A program made the translations under genes and the position numbers. This document shows, one piece after another, positions 34,905 to 47,096 of a DNA stretch of 63,994 nt. The stretch is from assembly GCF_001949145.1 (NCBI RefSeq), contig NW_019091356.1, positions 1,863,673-1,927,666 on the forward strand, in the 5' to 3' direction. The notes beneath the pieces are model-generated. The model ran no database searches, was not told where the DNA came from, and saw only the letters and a program-made list of their open reading frames with translations. This DNA is from Acanthaster planci (taxonomy: Eukaryota). Position 1 is the first letter of the stretch; the number at the start of each line of letters is the position of its first letter.

Positions 34905-35538
34905 GTATGCACTCTTCACTTGTGCTGTGTGGAGCACACTGACTGAGTTCTCGTCCTTTTGTGCACGTGCATTCAGTATTCGCAGATGTCTTCTGAAATA
35001 GCAGGTGCGTCAGATTTGAAAACTTGGAATAAAATTCAAAGTGTCTAAACTGACCCATGCCTTCTTTTGTCCATGAAACAATCCAAGCTCTTTTGCGAAT
35101 CTAGTTGGGTAGTGCCTTTCGGTGTTTTTTTTTGGTAAGGGCGACCATTGCTTTGTTCCTGAAAGACCTTGGCTTTTTGAAATACCAGAATGGCTTATTT
35201 TATGATGAATTTCACCGTTGTGGTTACCGTTGTCACAAACTAATGCAGAGCCTTGCATGCCTTGCGTGCACACAAACTTCGTTTTCACAGACTAACACAT
35301 ACATAACTGTTGCAATTGATTATAATTGTTTTCACAAAATGAAACCATTTTTATCTCCTAAGAGTGATTTCCAGTTTAACAAGCATACACATTGACAATC
35401 CCTGTCAAATATTTATTAATGTTTTCCTCTGAATTGTAGATCACAAACATGCTGAAGTGGCCGACTGTGAAAAACCGAAATCTCGAAATCACACTTTTGA
35501 GTGTGAAGTGCATGCATGTATATCCACATCAGTTTACA

Positions 35539-35870
35539 AGTTAAATTTGAATAAAATCTGGCACACTGAATTACCTGATTGCACAAGAACATAATTCGAA
35601 TTTCCCAGTCTAAAGACACTGTTGCCATACCTCGTGATTCGGGGCAAGCTTTTGCATAGCGACCACCATCTCTGGAATAGACTGGTTCCTTTGTGCCCTT
35701 CTTATCCATTGAAAACAGTGTATTGTTGCAAGGCGTCTCTTTTGTAACTAAGCAAAAGTTTGCCCTGAATCACGAGGTATAGCAACAGTGGTTTTAGTTT
35801 GGAGAATTCAAATTGTTCTGTTCAAGTGAATTTAAAGAACTCAGTGCACCAGATTTTATTAAAATTTAAC
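35539..35870. mobile_element. Long-TIR MITE (~330 bp), copy 1
   Basis: Termini AGTTAAATTTGAATAAAATCTGG ... CCAGATTTTATTAAAATTTAACT, ~110-bp imperfect arms; inverted second copy at 41251-41585. Confidence 0.8.
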
Positions 35871-38800
35871 TTGCAAAAGGCTGATTGTTCTTCGCATGTT
35901 TTCCATGGACTGTGCTACACAAGGAGTTATGCATAACAGTTTGAGATACCACTGACAGTTTGAGAGGAAAAGTATTTATGAGAGTGATTATTCAGTACCT
36001 ATCATGTACATGTACCAGTCTATTCTATTATAGGGGTGTAGTTTTTCTTGTTCTTTTGAGGGAATTAAATATTTCTATGCATAGTGTTAATTAAACTGGT
36101 GTATAAATTTACATTTATCATTTTTAATACACTTTGTCATGCATGAAAATGTTCTAAACATTTGAGTGCCTCTTGTAGGATAGGAACGTAAATTTTTGCA
36201 AGATCTTTTTGTGAGTCAAGTTTAATGAGCTGTTTTTTCTTTGTAAAATTAATTAGCTGTATAGGTCCTGAGACATTGGAATCCTTGTAGGTATAGATAA
36301 GGCATGGTTGGTAATGTTCACCGGTTTCCAACAACATCCCCTTGACAATGCTGTAAGCAGTACTTTCTATATAGGATTCTTCCTGGTATATGGGTTCCAA
36401 AAAACTCAATGCAAACTGGTAATGTGATTGTTCATGCAAACCAGGGAGATGCATGCATGTACTAGTCACTGCACAACTGGTTCCCACCCCTCTCCTTTTA
36501 GACTCTCAGATACCGGTATGTAGCTTTGGGGCCAGGAACCGGCTTACCTTTCCCAGTTCCACGTTACTGGTGATTTCAATATAAAATAAAATTAATAAAA
36601 AAAACTTGCCATGGACTGGTTCCTGATCCCTGAATTAAAATGTGTGGAGGGGACCAATCTCAACCACTCCCATCATTCAAAACAAGCCTTGTTTGTGGAA
36701 TGGAAACATGGCGAACAGTAACTTCCTTTTTGCACGTTACAAGTAATAGGCCGTCTGGTTTTTAGTGAGAGCAGGGGCCAACTTTCATTATATGTGTCTC
36801 CACTGGAAGGGTGAATACAGAGTTTATCCTAGCTACGTACGCCCATGAGCAGCTGTATATTTTTGAGTTATCAAGGTTTGGTGTAATCTTAGTACTTGGG
36901 AGTTTAATGAAATATTTTAGGCTTGTCAGAGTTAGACAATAAAAAAGAATTTTTTATTTGACTCATCTTGCATTTTAACTTTATTTTCCTCCCCCAAGTA
37001 CATTGGGAAACTTGCTACTTTGTCTTGACTTTTGATTTTAAGGAAAAAAAACAGAGTTCACATGTCTGGTCAGCAAAAATATTGCTGAAGTTTGATTGGT
37101 CATTTGTAATTGAATGTTGTGAAAATGATACCCCCCCCCAAAAAAGATCTCCAGACAGCTTGGTTCAGCAGAATCAGGATTAATTGGATTTCTTGAATTG
37201 CCCTCTCAGAGAGGCAACTATGCCCAAAGCCAGAATTGGACTTTACTTTTTAATCCTGAGCTCAAAGTTACTTCCAGAGTTACCAAAAGTTCAAACTTGT
37301 TTGTTCAATTTTCAATGCAGCGACAAACATCGAGACAGAGATAACCAAGGTCCTACAAATACTGTTCACATTGAAGTTCATACGCGGCTGTTTGTCTAGA
37401 TGTTTTGAGTGGCGTTAATCATTGCAAAATTTTCTAAATTGGTCATACATTTCCTACCAATTTCAACACGCTTAACTATAGACATTTCGAGGAAATAAAA
37501 TCTACAAAAAAATGGAATCACAAGTCACGAGTAGACTTCATAAAACTGGGTTTTGGGTGGACAAGTATGTACATGACATCTAGTTATAAACCAGGAACAA
37601 CCTACTCCATTCCACAAGTTGCAGGGTCAAAGTTCAAGAACTCATTAACATCTGCCAACCACAGTAAAGAGTATTTCTTTCCCCAAATATCCCTCTGATA
37701 TTTTTTTTTTCTTTCTTAACACCAGCTTTCAGCAACTGGGACTCGCTTGCATTTTTCAGGATGGATACAAGCACTAGCATTCAACTACTCATAATGTGAC
37801 TTTTGTTATCTGCAAAGTTTTGCTAGATAGCACCTTAACCCTTCAAAATCTGCTAGTGTATAGTCGAGCCAGTAAGCACTTATCAAGCCCCACACAATCA
37901 CTACTGGGCCAATGCTTGGGTCCTAATTCCATCAAAATCTTTCGAAAAAATAAGATCAGATTTTGTTGCCTGAAGGCCAACTGACGAGGTATAGCTGTCA
38001 CTGTCTTGAGACAAAAGTACAAAAACCAAGTAACAATTAAATTTCTTCTTCACTGATGTAACATAAATTTAAAATACATCTTCCCGAAACAATAAGTGAA
38101 ATGATTATTGCATAATGTGATGAACAAGTATCTGTCTCTCTGAGATCAGAAAAACAAAACACTCACACAATATGAAAAACGGGTGAATATATCAGGAAAA
38201 GCAGTTGCAGCATTCAAAAAAAAATCGGTCTTCAAAATGCATGCAAATCGTGTTGACCATTCATTCAATAAGCAATATTGTTAGATAAGCAACATTACGC
38301 TCTGATCAAAATGGACAAATAAGTCCTACAACAACCAGGCCCACTGTGAGTGACCTGCATTGCATTTATACCAATATATCATGAGCAAAACCACTTTCTT
38401 TCCACACAATTCGCTAAGGAGAAAGGTGCTATGTTATTGAGAACCCTGTAACAGCATTAAGTCGACGATTAGATGAAGTGTCTGCCCCGTGCGAAGGGTT
38501 GACACAGAACAAACAATGGCATCTTGTTACAAAGTAACGATGCCCCGTTTGGTGGTGGACACACCGTGTGTATGATAAGCGCACTTGGCAAGGGATACGC
38601 TAAGCAACAACAGCCACTTTCTGCAGCCACGTACAGTCTTTGCATTTGCAATACGCACCTACCTAAAATTCCCCCTACCAATCTCCCACGTCTTAGCCGA
38701 CGATAGGTGCATCTAGACTCAGCGGATATAATATATACAAGGAAGTCTGGATCATTTCAGGCAAACTTTGTCAAATGAAACAAGTGAAGTGGTACTTGTA

Positions 38801-39329
38801 GTTATCACACTTCCCCCACAGACTCTGTCTCTTGAGTGGGCGAGAGCTAGTCACGCGGCAGTCGCTAGTTTTGGTGTTTCCCTGCACACAGCTGACAGAC
38901 TTGTACCCGTAGCAACTCAAGTGCAGTAAACATGACCACTGCTATTGTGTGCAAATACATGCTGGTGTGTGCATTACGTGCATTCTGGAGTGTTTGCACT
39001 ACAGAGCTGGGTTCAGACCTGACATGGGGAGGTAGTTGGGAAAAGTGCTGGTAAAATATTCGACAACTTCCTTGTTTAAATAGACACCCCTTTCATATGC
39101 ATCTGGATCAAGTTGGTCAGTTATCGCATAGATCAAGCAGAATCTAAGGCAAGGGTGTTACCAAACAATATTGACTTCTTTATCTTGTGGTGAGGTCAAA
39201 CTAGCTTCACAAGGTGTTCCAAGGAGCATTATATATTCCTGCTCAAAGCAGTCAATATTTGTACAATACAGCCTGCAAAAGATAAGTAGTGGGTTGAACC
39301 AGCGTGGAACTTTCCCCCAAACAGTTAAT

Positions 39330-39335
39330 TTTATT
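39330..39335 (-). terminator. Candidate polyadenylation signal of TDRKH
   Basis: AATAAA on the minus strand ~90 nt after the TGA. Confidence 0.35.
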
Positions 39336-39426
39336 ATTATTCCCAAAGACCCAAAGAAAACATTTTTAAGAATTATTAAAAGAAAAAAGAAGTTGATTAA
39401 ACTAAAAATAACAGCACCCCTCCACA

Positions 39427-42400
39427 TCAGCCTGTTACGGAAACCTCTTTGGTAAACTCCCCCTCCTCTCCTTCACTCTCCCCCGAATCTGGTGGAACAG
39501 TCAATGTTTCCCCTGGTAGACGGGATGATCCATTGGCTATGTTGGGGCCCTGATTTGACGCATCTGAGCTGCTGAAGTTTGAAAATCTTGCATAGCCTCT
39601 CTCTACAAGGGTGCTTGCAATATTTACATCCTACAAAGTCCAAAAAGTTTGACCAATTACTACAAGTAAGTCTCCTAGAAATGTTCCATTTTATAACTAA
39701 GCATCTATGGTCATTTTTCTCCAATCCTGGGTTCAGAAGTTTTATGCAACCTTCTGTTGGAGAAACTCAATTTAAATATCTATGCTGGACCAATTTTCCA
39801 GTTATACATCCTCTTTGAAATTAGCATCTCGTTTTTTTTTAAACTTGTTCACTGTTTCTGATCAATGAGGATATCCATACCTCTGTCCCTGTGGTATCGA
39901 CGAGTTCAATGCACGGTAGTGTCCCGGTGCTGGTCTGTTGGTAGCTTACAATCCGCGCCATCAGGGGTTTCCACTTAGCACAGTACGTCAGATCCTCAAA
40001 AAGATCAATCGCCTCCTCTGACCAACAAGACCCTGGTCAAACAAAAAAAAGTAAGGAGAACAGAAAAAACAAAGCACTCAAACTGAAGTAAGATTGGTAC
40101 TTTGGGCACACTGTGTGAAGTGCCTTGTTTTAGATCCTATCTAGGCCTGAAATTCCTTTGTTTCTCTGCTCAACCATCAGATTTTTTTCCATTAAATTAT
40201 TCTCCGTGCCCTTCAGCTCAACCGTTTTTGCCATGTCTTCTCTGGATGGGTTCTTCAGTACTTTAGCATTGACTACTCAACTGCAAGTTAATGATGCGAA
40301 AGTTTACAAGTATTAGCATGCAGTTGATTCCACTTGACCCCCCAAGATACTAGGTGAGCTTTCACTGAGTGACCACAAATGCCTACTCACCGTCATTTGG
40401 TGCTCTTATGACTGGGGGGGGGCATGCTGACACATCTTGACCTGTGGTTGGTTCTAACGTTTTAATACACACGGACACTGCAGCTGCTAGTGCCGTGTGA
40501 AAGCTACGAGCCAAACAGGAAAGACAGGCAATGCACTACGCTTACCGTCTGGCTGGATACCAGCTAAACTGCACTCCACTGCCTGATACGGAAGACTAAG
40601 AAAATCACTCCTGTAAAACAAGGCAATCAATTCATTCTTAAGGAAGAACCAACTCCATGTATGCAACATCTTATAGATAATTGAGATTTCACTGTTTGCT
40701 TTAAAATAGTGGCTGATATTACACATCTGCTTCATATCAAATCAACTCCATGCAACAAAACTTAAAACTGTACTTTTGACATTTGCTTGGCATCTCGCCA
40801 GATAACCTTTAGCACTATTCCTCGGCGTCTGTGAGGAAAACTTCTTGTTTGGATTGTATGTCGTTATCAGTGCTTTCAAATGCCCCCCCGATGGAGTTAA
40901 GTCTTATAGATATCGCTAAATATTAAGCCAGTCAGCACATCTCACACCCCACTTGAAGGTCGCTGAATATAGGCCTCTTTCTGCATGGTCTTAAAAAAAA
41001 TAGCAACTGTGGTTGGACAATATCTGAATAATGAGGTGCTATCATGAACAATTCATGTGTTGACAAATTAAGTTACCATGGCAACGCAGTGGCAAATGAG
41101 TTAAGCAAGCTCTAAATTTTGGCATTTTGCCAATCAAACAATACAACCTGAGAGAGACATTGTACAGTTTGTACTCTACTTTGGCACTGTGCCAATTCCT
41201 GCCACACAGCCCAACGGTCTGAGGCTACTTCCAGTTTTTTTTTTTTAACAGGTTAAATTTGAATAAATCTAGTACGCTGAGTTCTTTAAATTCACGTTCA
41301 CATAATGATTTGCATTCTCCGTACTAAAGACACTGCTGCTACACCTCGTGATTTGGGGCCAGCTTTTGCTTAATTACATAAGCGATGCCTTGCACCAATA
41401 AACTGTTTTTAACGGACAAGAAAGGCACAAAGGAACCAGTCCATTCCAGATATGGTGGTCGCTATGCAAAAGCTTGCCCTGAATCACAGGGTAAAGCAAC
41501 AGTGTCTTTAGTCTGGGGAATTCAAATTGTTGCGTTTCTGTGCAACCAGATAACTCATTGTACCAGATTTTATTCAAATTTAACTCACTAAAGGCTTATT
41601 ACCTCAAGCTGCAAATACTGTCCCTGGGCATTTTGTCGCTATCTCCGAAGTCAACGTAGTACAGGTCCACTTGACCATCCTCCAGGAACTCCAGGATGCG
41701 GGCCCGGTACCAAGACTCGTCACCCTGGAACGGTGCTGCAACGATGTCGCCGGTGCACAGGGTATCCGGCTTGGACAGCTATTAAGGAACAACAAATTTT
41801 AATGCTCAAGATGGCCGAAGTGGAGGCCTCGTATTTATAGACTAATCCAACGTTAGTTTGGAAAATTTCAAACAATCTATTTTATAACTGTGTAAATAAG
41901 CACAGGAGTTGCGCAGAGGGAGACTGTTGCCTGGACCAATTACAGAGCCCACTTGGGCACCAGACTATGACAAAAATTACTGGCGTGGAACAGCAAATTT
42001 AAAATCCTGGTCCAACTCTGACCATCAATCCCATCATCCATTTACACACCAACCTTTTGGTTACTCTCCACGGCGTAGTACTCGGTCATATTCTGTATCA
42101 TCAGGTCCAGTGTACCAGCCTTGGGGCCGAGCACTTGCAGCCAGAAGTGACCCATGTGCTCGACGGCCGACACGTAGACGCTGAAATAGTCGTCGTGGGT
42201 TGGCATCTGCACAATGTGCTCAACTGCATCGGAATCATCTGGCAAAATAAAGAGAGATGCACAGAGAGATTAGACAAGGAGAGATATACTTCAGGTCACT
42301 GAAAGAGCTCTCTCTCTGAATCCTTCAATTTCAATACATTTCACATATAGTAGATCTAGGGTTTAGGATCTTCATAGTTGGAACTTGAAACAAGGAGGTT

Positions 42401-45400
42401 CTCAAGGAATTGAGGGTTTTTGGTTGAATTCCGTCAACACTTTGAGCAGAATGGATCTACGATGATGAGAAAAATGAGAAAAAGCAATTCATCTGATTCA
42501 CGTCAGATTGAAGCATTGAAGCGCAACACAAGTAAGGCTATGGCCAACTGCTTGGCTATGGCTCAAAATAGCATGTAAACCTATAGAGGCCACTAACTAG
42601 TGGCTTTGCACTTCTCTCACAGATGTGCATGCCATTTCCAGCCACAGTCAGGTAAACAGGACGGGGCCTCGGTCTGCAGCGGCACCATATTTCAACTGCT
42701 TGTTACAACCTCAAACCTACTCATATCGTCAAGTGATTCAAATCTGTTAGCGGCAGTTTCTCAACCTTTGGTATGATTGTCGGCGGTCGCTGTGTCCACA
42801 GCTTGTCTCTGGTCTCGAGGCATCACGTCTCTCGATGTTTTGGAGCCTCGTTGTTTCCTATTGGCTGAGGCATTCTCCAGTTTCCGTCTGTATTCCTCTT
42901 CTTGGGCAATTTCCTCGTCTATCAATCCCTAGAAAAAAAAACAAGAGGTTACCGTAGCGATGATGTTGCTGCCAAGAAACTTTGGGTCTAACATCAGGCA
43001 TGTTTTTATCAACAGCGGTTAAGGCCGAGACTGATTTAAGTTGGCCAATAGGACAGTCTCTCGGGCCGGCATGATGTTTTGACCAATCAGAGCCAAGACT
43101 GCGCCACACAAAATATACAACAAAAGCCGGACGAGTATGCCTTCACCTACAATCTGAAACATCCATTGTAGTAGAATTGTAGTGAAGAGGACCACGAGCT
43201 GTTCCCTATAAGCAATGTGCAGAGCTTATTAAAAGGGACCACCTGACAGGGTCTTGAATGCAAGGACCAATTGAGTGGACTCACAGTGCCCTCTGCTGAC
43301 CACAAGCTTACATGATCATGTGACAACCTTCTACAGTTGCCAGCTCCTCTGACAATAAAAGAAGTAAAGACTGTCCTTTTGACACGTATCTATACAACTT
43401 CAGGCCACTTATTACAGGGCACTGCTAGAGGGCAGGAACACCATCTTTTGTGGGGAGCCTTTTCACAATTATCTCAACAACCAAGATCGGAATATAGGGA
43501 GCTGCAATCTCAACACTGGCCTGCACTTTTAAGGTCTGTTAACCCAAACCTTTGCATATCGTATTTGTTCGTGTGTTCCCTTAATGATGCATTCCCGCAG
43601 AGCGTGGGGATCTCGTCTGTCATCATCCCTCTCGATGCGCACCCTGGCCTTGCTGGTGCGGCAAATCTGGCGGATGTTATCCCCATTACGACCTGTAACA
43701 GATTTCATCATAATTGGCAAATCAATAAACCGATAAATGCCGACGGTATTTCCGAGCTAGGCTCCGATTGGCTTTTTGACTCCTGGTCTCAGGAAATTCT
43801 CAAGCCTAGTCCCTTACTTTAACACAAATTATATGGCCTTCAAAACCAAGTCACAGATAACTAACATAAGGACATGAGTATGAGTCTTGGTTCGAGTCAA
43901 AACCGAGTCTGGATCTCACCGATGATCCTGCCAATGGCCCACTGAGGGATCTTCAACTCTAGTGTCTGTACGGCATTGGGCTCGGCAAGGATCTTCCGCA
44001 CTCGCTGCTCAGCCTGCAGGGCATTGTCTGGCTTGCCTCGGATCACCTGGGCCAAGCAAAAATTCTGGGTTCAATTTACACCAGGACCTCTGTGGCTAAA
44101 CTGCTCTTTGGTCTCAATAACAAGGCTGACATCAGTGCTCGTGGAAGGACAGCTCCTCCAGCTTCCCATAGCATGCGTGTCCCTCAATTAAGGTTTAGAG
44201 GCATTTCTTAATAAACCAAGGCTTGATTCCCCCTTTAAGCACCATATCTGGCAACACCATTGGCAATAGGGCTCCCTTAAAGATACCGAGTCAGTGTGCC
44301 CCTTTAACAGTCAATTCCTAGAGTGTCACTTGAAGCATCTAGCGCTTGAGGGCCCCTGTATACATGCATTCTCTGACTGTCCCTTTAAGTGTCCATTTAG
44401 CGACAACCCTTAAAAGAATCCATGTCAAAAGTTCTTATACAACATCCATTTCGGAGTGCTCCTTTAAGTGTCCCTCAAGCATTCATTTTTGCAGTACCAC
44501 TTTGAGTGTCTTTGAACCACCCCTTTCAGTGTCAATTCCTAGAGTGCCCCTTTTAAGCATCCACTCCCAGAGTGCCCCTTTAAGCATCCACTCCCAGAGT
44601 GCCCCTTTAAGCATCCACTCCCAGAGTGCCCCTTTAAGCATCCACTCCCAGAGTGCCCCTTTAAGCATCCACTCCCAGAGTGCCCCTTTAAGCATCCACT
44701 CCCAGAGTGCCCCTTTAAGCATCCACTCCCAGAGTGCCCCTTTAAGCATCCACTCCCGGAGTACCCCTTTAAGCATCCACTCCCGGAGTGCCCCTTTAAG
44801 CATCCACTCCCAGAGTGCCCCTTTAAGCATCCACTCCCGGATTACCCCTTTAAGCATCCACTCCCAGAGTGCCCCTTTAAGCATCCACTCCCGGAGTGCC
44901 CCTTAACAGCTCACCAGCAGCCGGTCCTCCTTCTCCTCTAGTCCTGTCTCACTCTGAAATTTCACTCGGCAAGACGTCTCATCCTGGATCTGAAGCGACA
45001 CAATCCAAACAAACAACTCTTGAAAATTAGACTCTATGAAAGACAATACCAGTCAAAGTGTGCAACAAACAAGTCTTCCAAAAGAAGGTGAAGAAACTAA
45101 AAATTGTCGCAATTATGACTGATTATTACTGCCGATCACACCATCTTTCCTCAGTTATCCCATACAACAGAAATCCTAACCCTTAACCTTTCTGTTGGCT
45201 CCAACTGGTAACTAAATTATGATCATCTTACACCTTTGGCCATGTAACGCATGCTATGCAGGTTTAATATCACAGCAAAATAAACTTGCTGGGGAAATGT
45301 AATGGTTAATTCAAGCCTTACCGATAAACCAAACCATGAGGACGTATCTTAGCATGGTTGACACTTGGCGCCAATGTGGTTTGAGAGTCAATGCGAAGGT

Positions 45401-46227
45401 CAAAACCTCCTTGACTTGATAGGGCACAGGGCAAATGATACCACGGTATGCATCTTTATCCTACTTGGGCGATTTTGTGAAATGATGGCAAACCAATCAA
45501 GAATACACTAAATAAATTCTGAAGAAGTTCATTTTCCAAAAATTTGGCATTATACACACAAATAGAAAAAAAGAGGAAAAAAATGCTTAAAAACCAACTG
45601 CAAGAAGGCTACAGTTGTGGAAGGTGTTTTGAAAATTCCATCATTGTGAAACTCAAAAAATGAAAACTGCATGCATTGTTTTACCTTTTTAATAGTTACA
45701 CCTTGTTGACCGATGATTGCTCCTACTTTGTCGTATGGCACCCTCAGTTCTATGGTCAGCTGCTGACCAGTGGCAAGATCTTTGGAAGGCCGATAATCTT
45801 CCTCTGAAAAAAAATCAAGATGTTTATGAAATCAGTTTCTGCGTTTTAAACATTTTGAAATAAACACAAACATTTGAAGAAGAAATCGAACACAGCTGTA
45901 AGTTGTTAAATGCCACTTGCATTATCTGAAATACACAACGCTTAAAAGGTAGAGGCCTTGATACACATATTTAGAAAGAGGTTAATCTTTGATGACGTCT
46001 TCATTTTTAAAAAACCTGGCTTTAAAAGATGTATTTACTAGGTCCATGATGAAGTTCCTATTTGAGATTTTTCCACATGACTTTACAGCAATAATTCCCC
46101 AAGCTAACATCTAGGCAAACATCTTACCTTCATCCCTTTTCTTGAAGAGAAGGTAAAGGAGAAATATGGACGCTGGGATGGTGATGCCAAGGGCCACCCA
46201 CTGTCTGGTCGTCAGGCTATCCTTCAT
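39427..46227 (-). CDS. TDRKH: Tudor and KH domain-containing protein (TDRKH/TDRD2/Papi), mitochondrial piRNA 3'-trimming cofactor
   Basis: Coding exons 46227-46128, 45803-45685, 44989-44915, 44046-43920, 43692-43550, 42928-42766, 42238-42054, 41778-41603, 40610-40546, 40032-39881, 39630-39427 (TGA); 502 aa. N-terminal anchor QWVALGITIPASIFLLYLLFKKR; KH1 VGAIIGQQGVTIKKI; KH2 IGRIIGRNGDNIRQI; extended Tudor VYVSAVEHMGHFWLQ...APFQGDESWYRARI...VDLYYVDFGD...DFLSLPYQAVECSLAGI...VERGYA. Confidence 0.95.
41251..41585. mobile_element. Long-TIR MITE, copy 2 (inverted relative to 35539-35870), in TDRKH intron 8
   Basis: GGTTAAATTTGAATAAATCT ... CCAGATTTTATTCAAATTTAACT; its core AAGGCACAAAGGAACCAGTC..TTCCAGA.ATGGTGGTCGCTATGCAAAAGCTTGCCC is the reverse complement of the copy 1 core. 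Confidence 0.8.
43284..43302 (-). promoter_or_regulatory. CTCF-like motif in TDRKH intron 5
   Basis: Minus strand TGGTCAGCAGAGGGCACTG, a near-consensus CTCF core. Confidence 0.45.
44541..44905. repeat. 27-bp minisatellite, ~13.5 copies (AGAGTGCCCCTTTAAGCATCCACTCCC)
   Basis: Directly visible tandem array; degenerate copies extend left to ~44230; in TDRKH intron 3. Confidence 0.97.
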
Positions 46228-46638
46228 GACTGGCTCTGATTGGTGGAAAGTTCCACAGTGGGAGGAGCTATGGTGATGATGCTATTACCGCATTCATTAT
46301 TCTGCAAACAGATGAAAGTGGCCTTGTGTTTTTAAAAATTCTGGAAGTCCTTTCTTTTCTTTTGTAATTTTTCTTTGCCAGGTGGAAGGGAAGGGAGGAG
46401 GAAGCACCCCTTCCCCCGTCCCCTCCCTCGGGACACTAATGGCTGGGGGTTGAGGTTAGTCAAAGGAATGCAGGCAAATTTATATCAAAAGTGGTAAGGG
46501 CTGCATGAGTCACACAAGCATTCTGACTGTAACAGTGGTGCTTGGAATCCCAGCCCCAAAGGACAAACTATGCTATGTACAAGGGAGTAAACTTTCAGGG
46601 TTATGATGTATGCCATCCGCAGACGTGGGCTATCGGTA

Positions 46639-46718
46639 TACCCCCAGAACTGTGGGGTCCGACATCCGCTCCTTTCATGGGAGCGGGGCGGACGTCGGAC
46701 CCCACAGTTCTGGGGGTA
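46639..46718. repeat. GC-rich inverted repeat (hairpin)
   Basis: TACCCCCAGAACTGTGGGGTCCGACATCCGC pairs with GCGGACGTCGGACCCCACAGTTCTGGGGGTA (31 bp, 1 mismatch). Confidence 0.85.
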
Positions 46719-47077
46719 CATGGGCATATAATCAAGCCTGGCCGAAGACACTTCACCTGTTCACGTCCTCATCATGGCAAGCATTTCGGTCCTAATCATG
46801 CTAACCTCAGTAGTCTGGACAGTAGGCCTATTTTACTATTAAAAGGAAGAGACAAGTTTTAACCACTAAACTGCTCCAAAGCTACCTCAGAGAAAAAATT
46901 CACACCACTTTCATATATGCATGCTTAGATCCTAGTTTCTTACTCACGTTTGGGCCCCATCTACATCTTCAATCTTAATTAAGTTGAATCATGGTTGAAT
47001 CCAGTTAGCTGACGATATGTGCTCACATGAACATCACACTTGCATGCATATGGAAATTTCTCATCGTTCAGCTGCAA

Positions 47078-47096
47078 GTGCGCCCTCTGTTGGTGA
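47078..47096 (-). promoter_or_regulatory. CTCF-like motif between the TDRKH and WDR7 start codons
   Basis: Minus strand TCACCAACAGAGGGCGCAC. Confidence 0.4.

Noticed and set aside
35416..41591. Two similar ORFs (DKKGTKEPV.SR.GGRYAKACPES) at 35416-35709 and 41385-41591
   Set aside because: Similarity comes from two copies of one non-coding MITE.
44346..44906. ORFs with SQSAPLSIH / MLKGALWEW repeats; CRISPR-like look
   Set aside because: Translation of a 27-bp intronic minisatellite; units are contiguous with no unique spacers and no cas genes.
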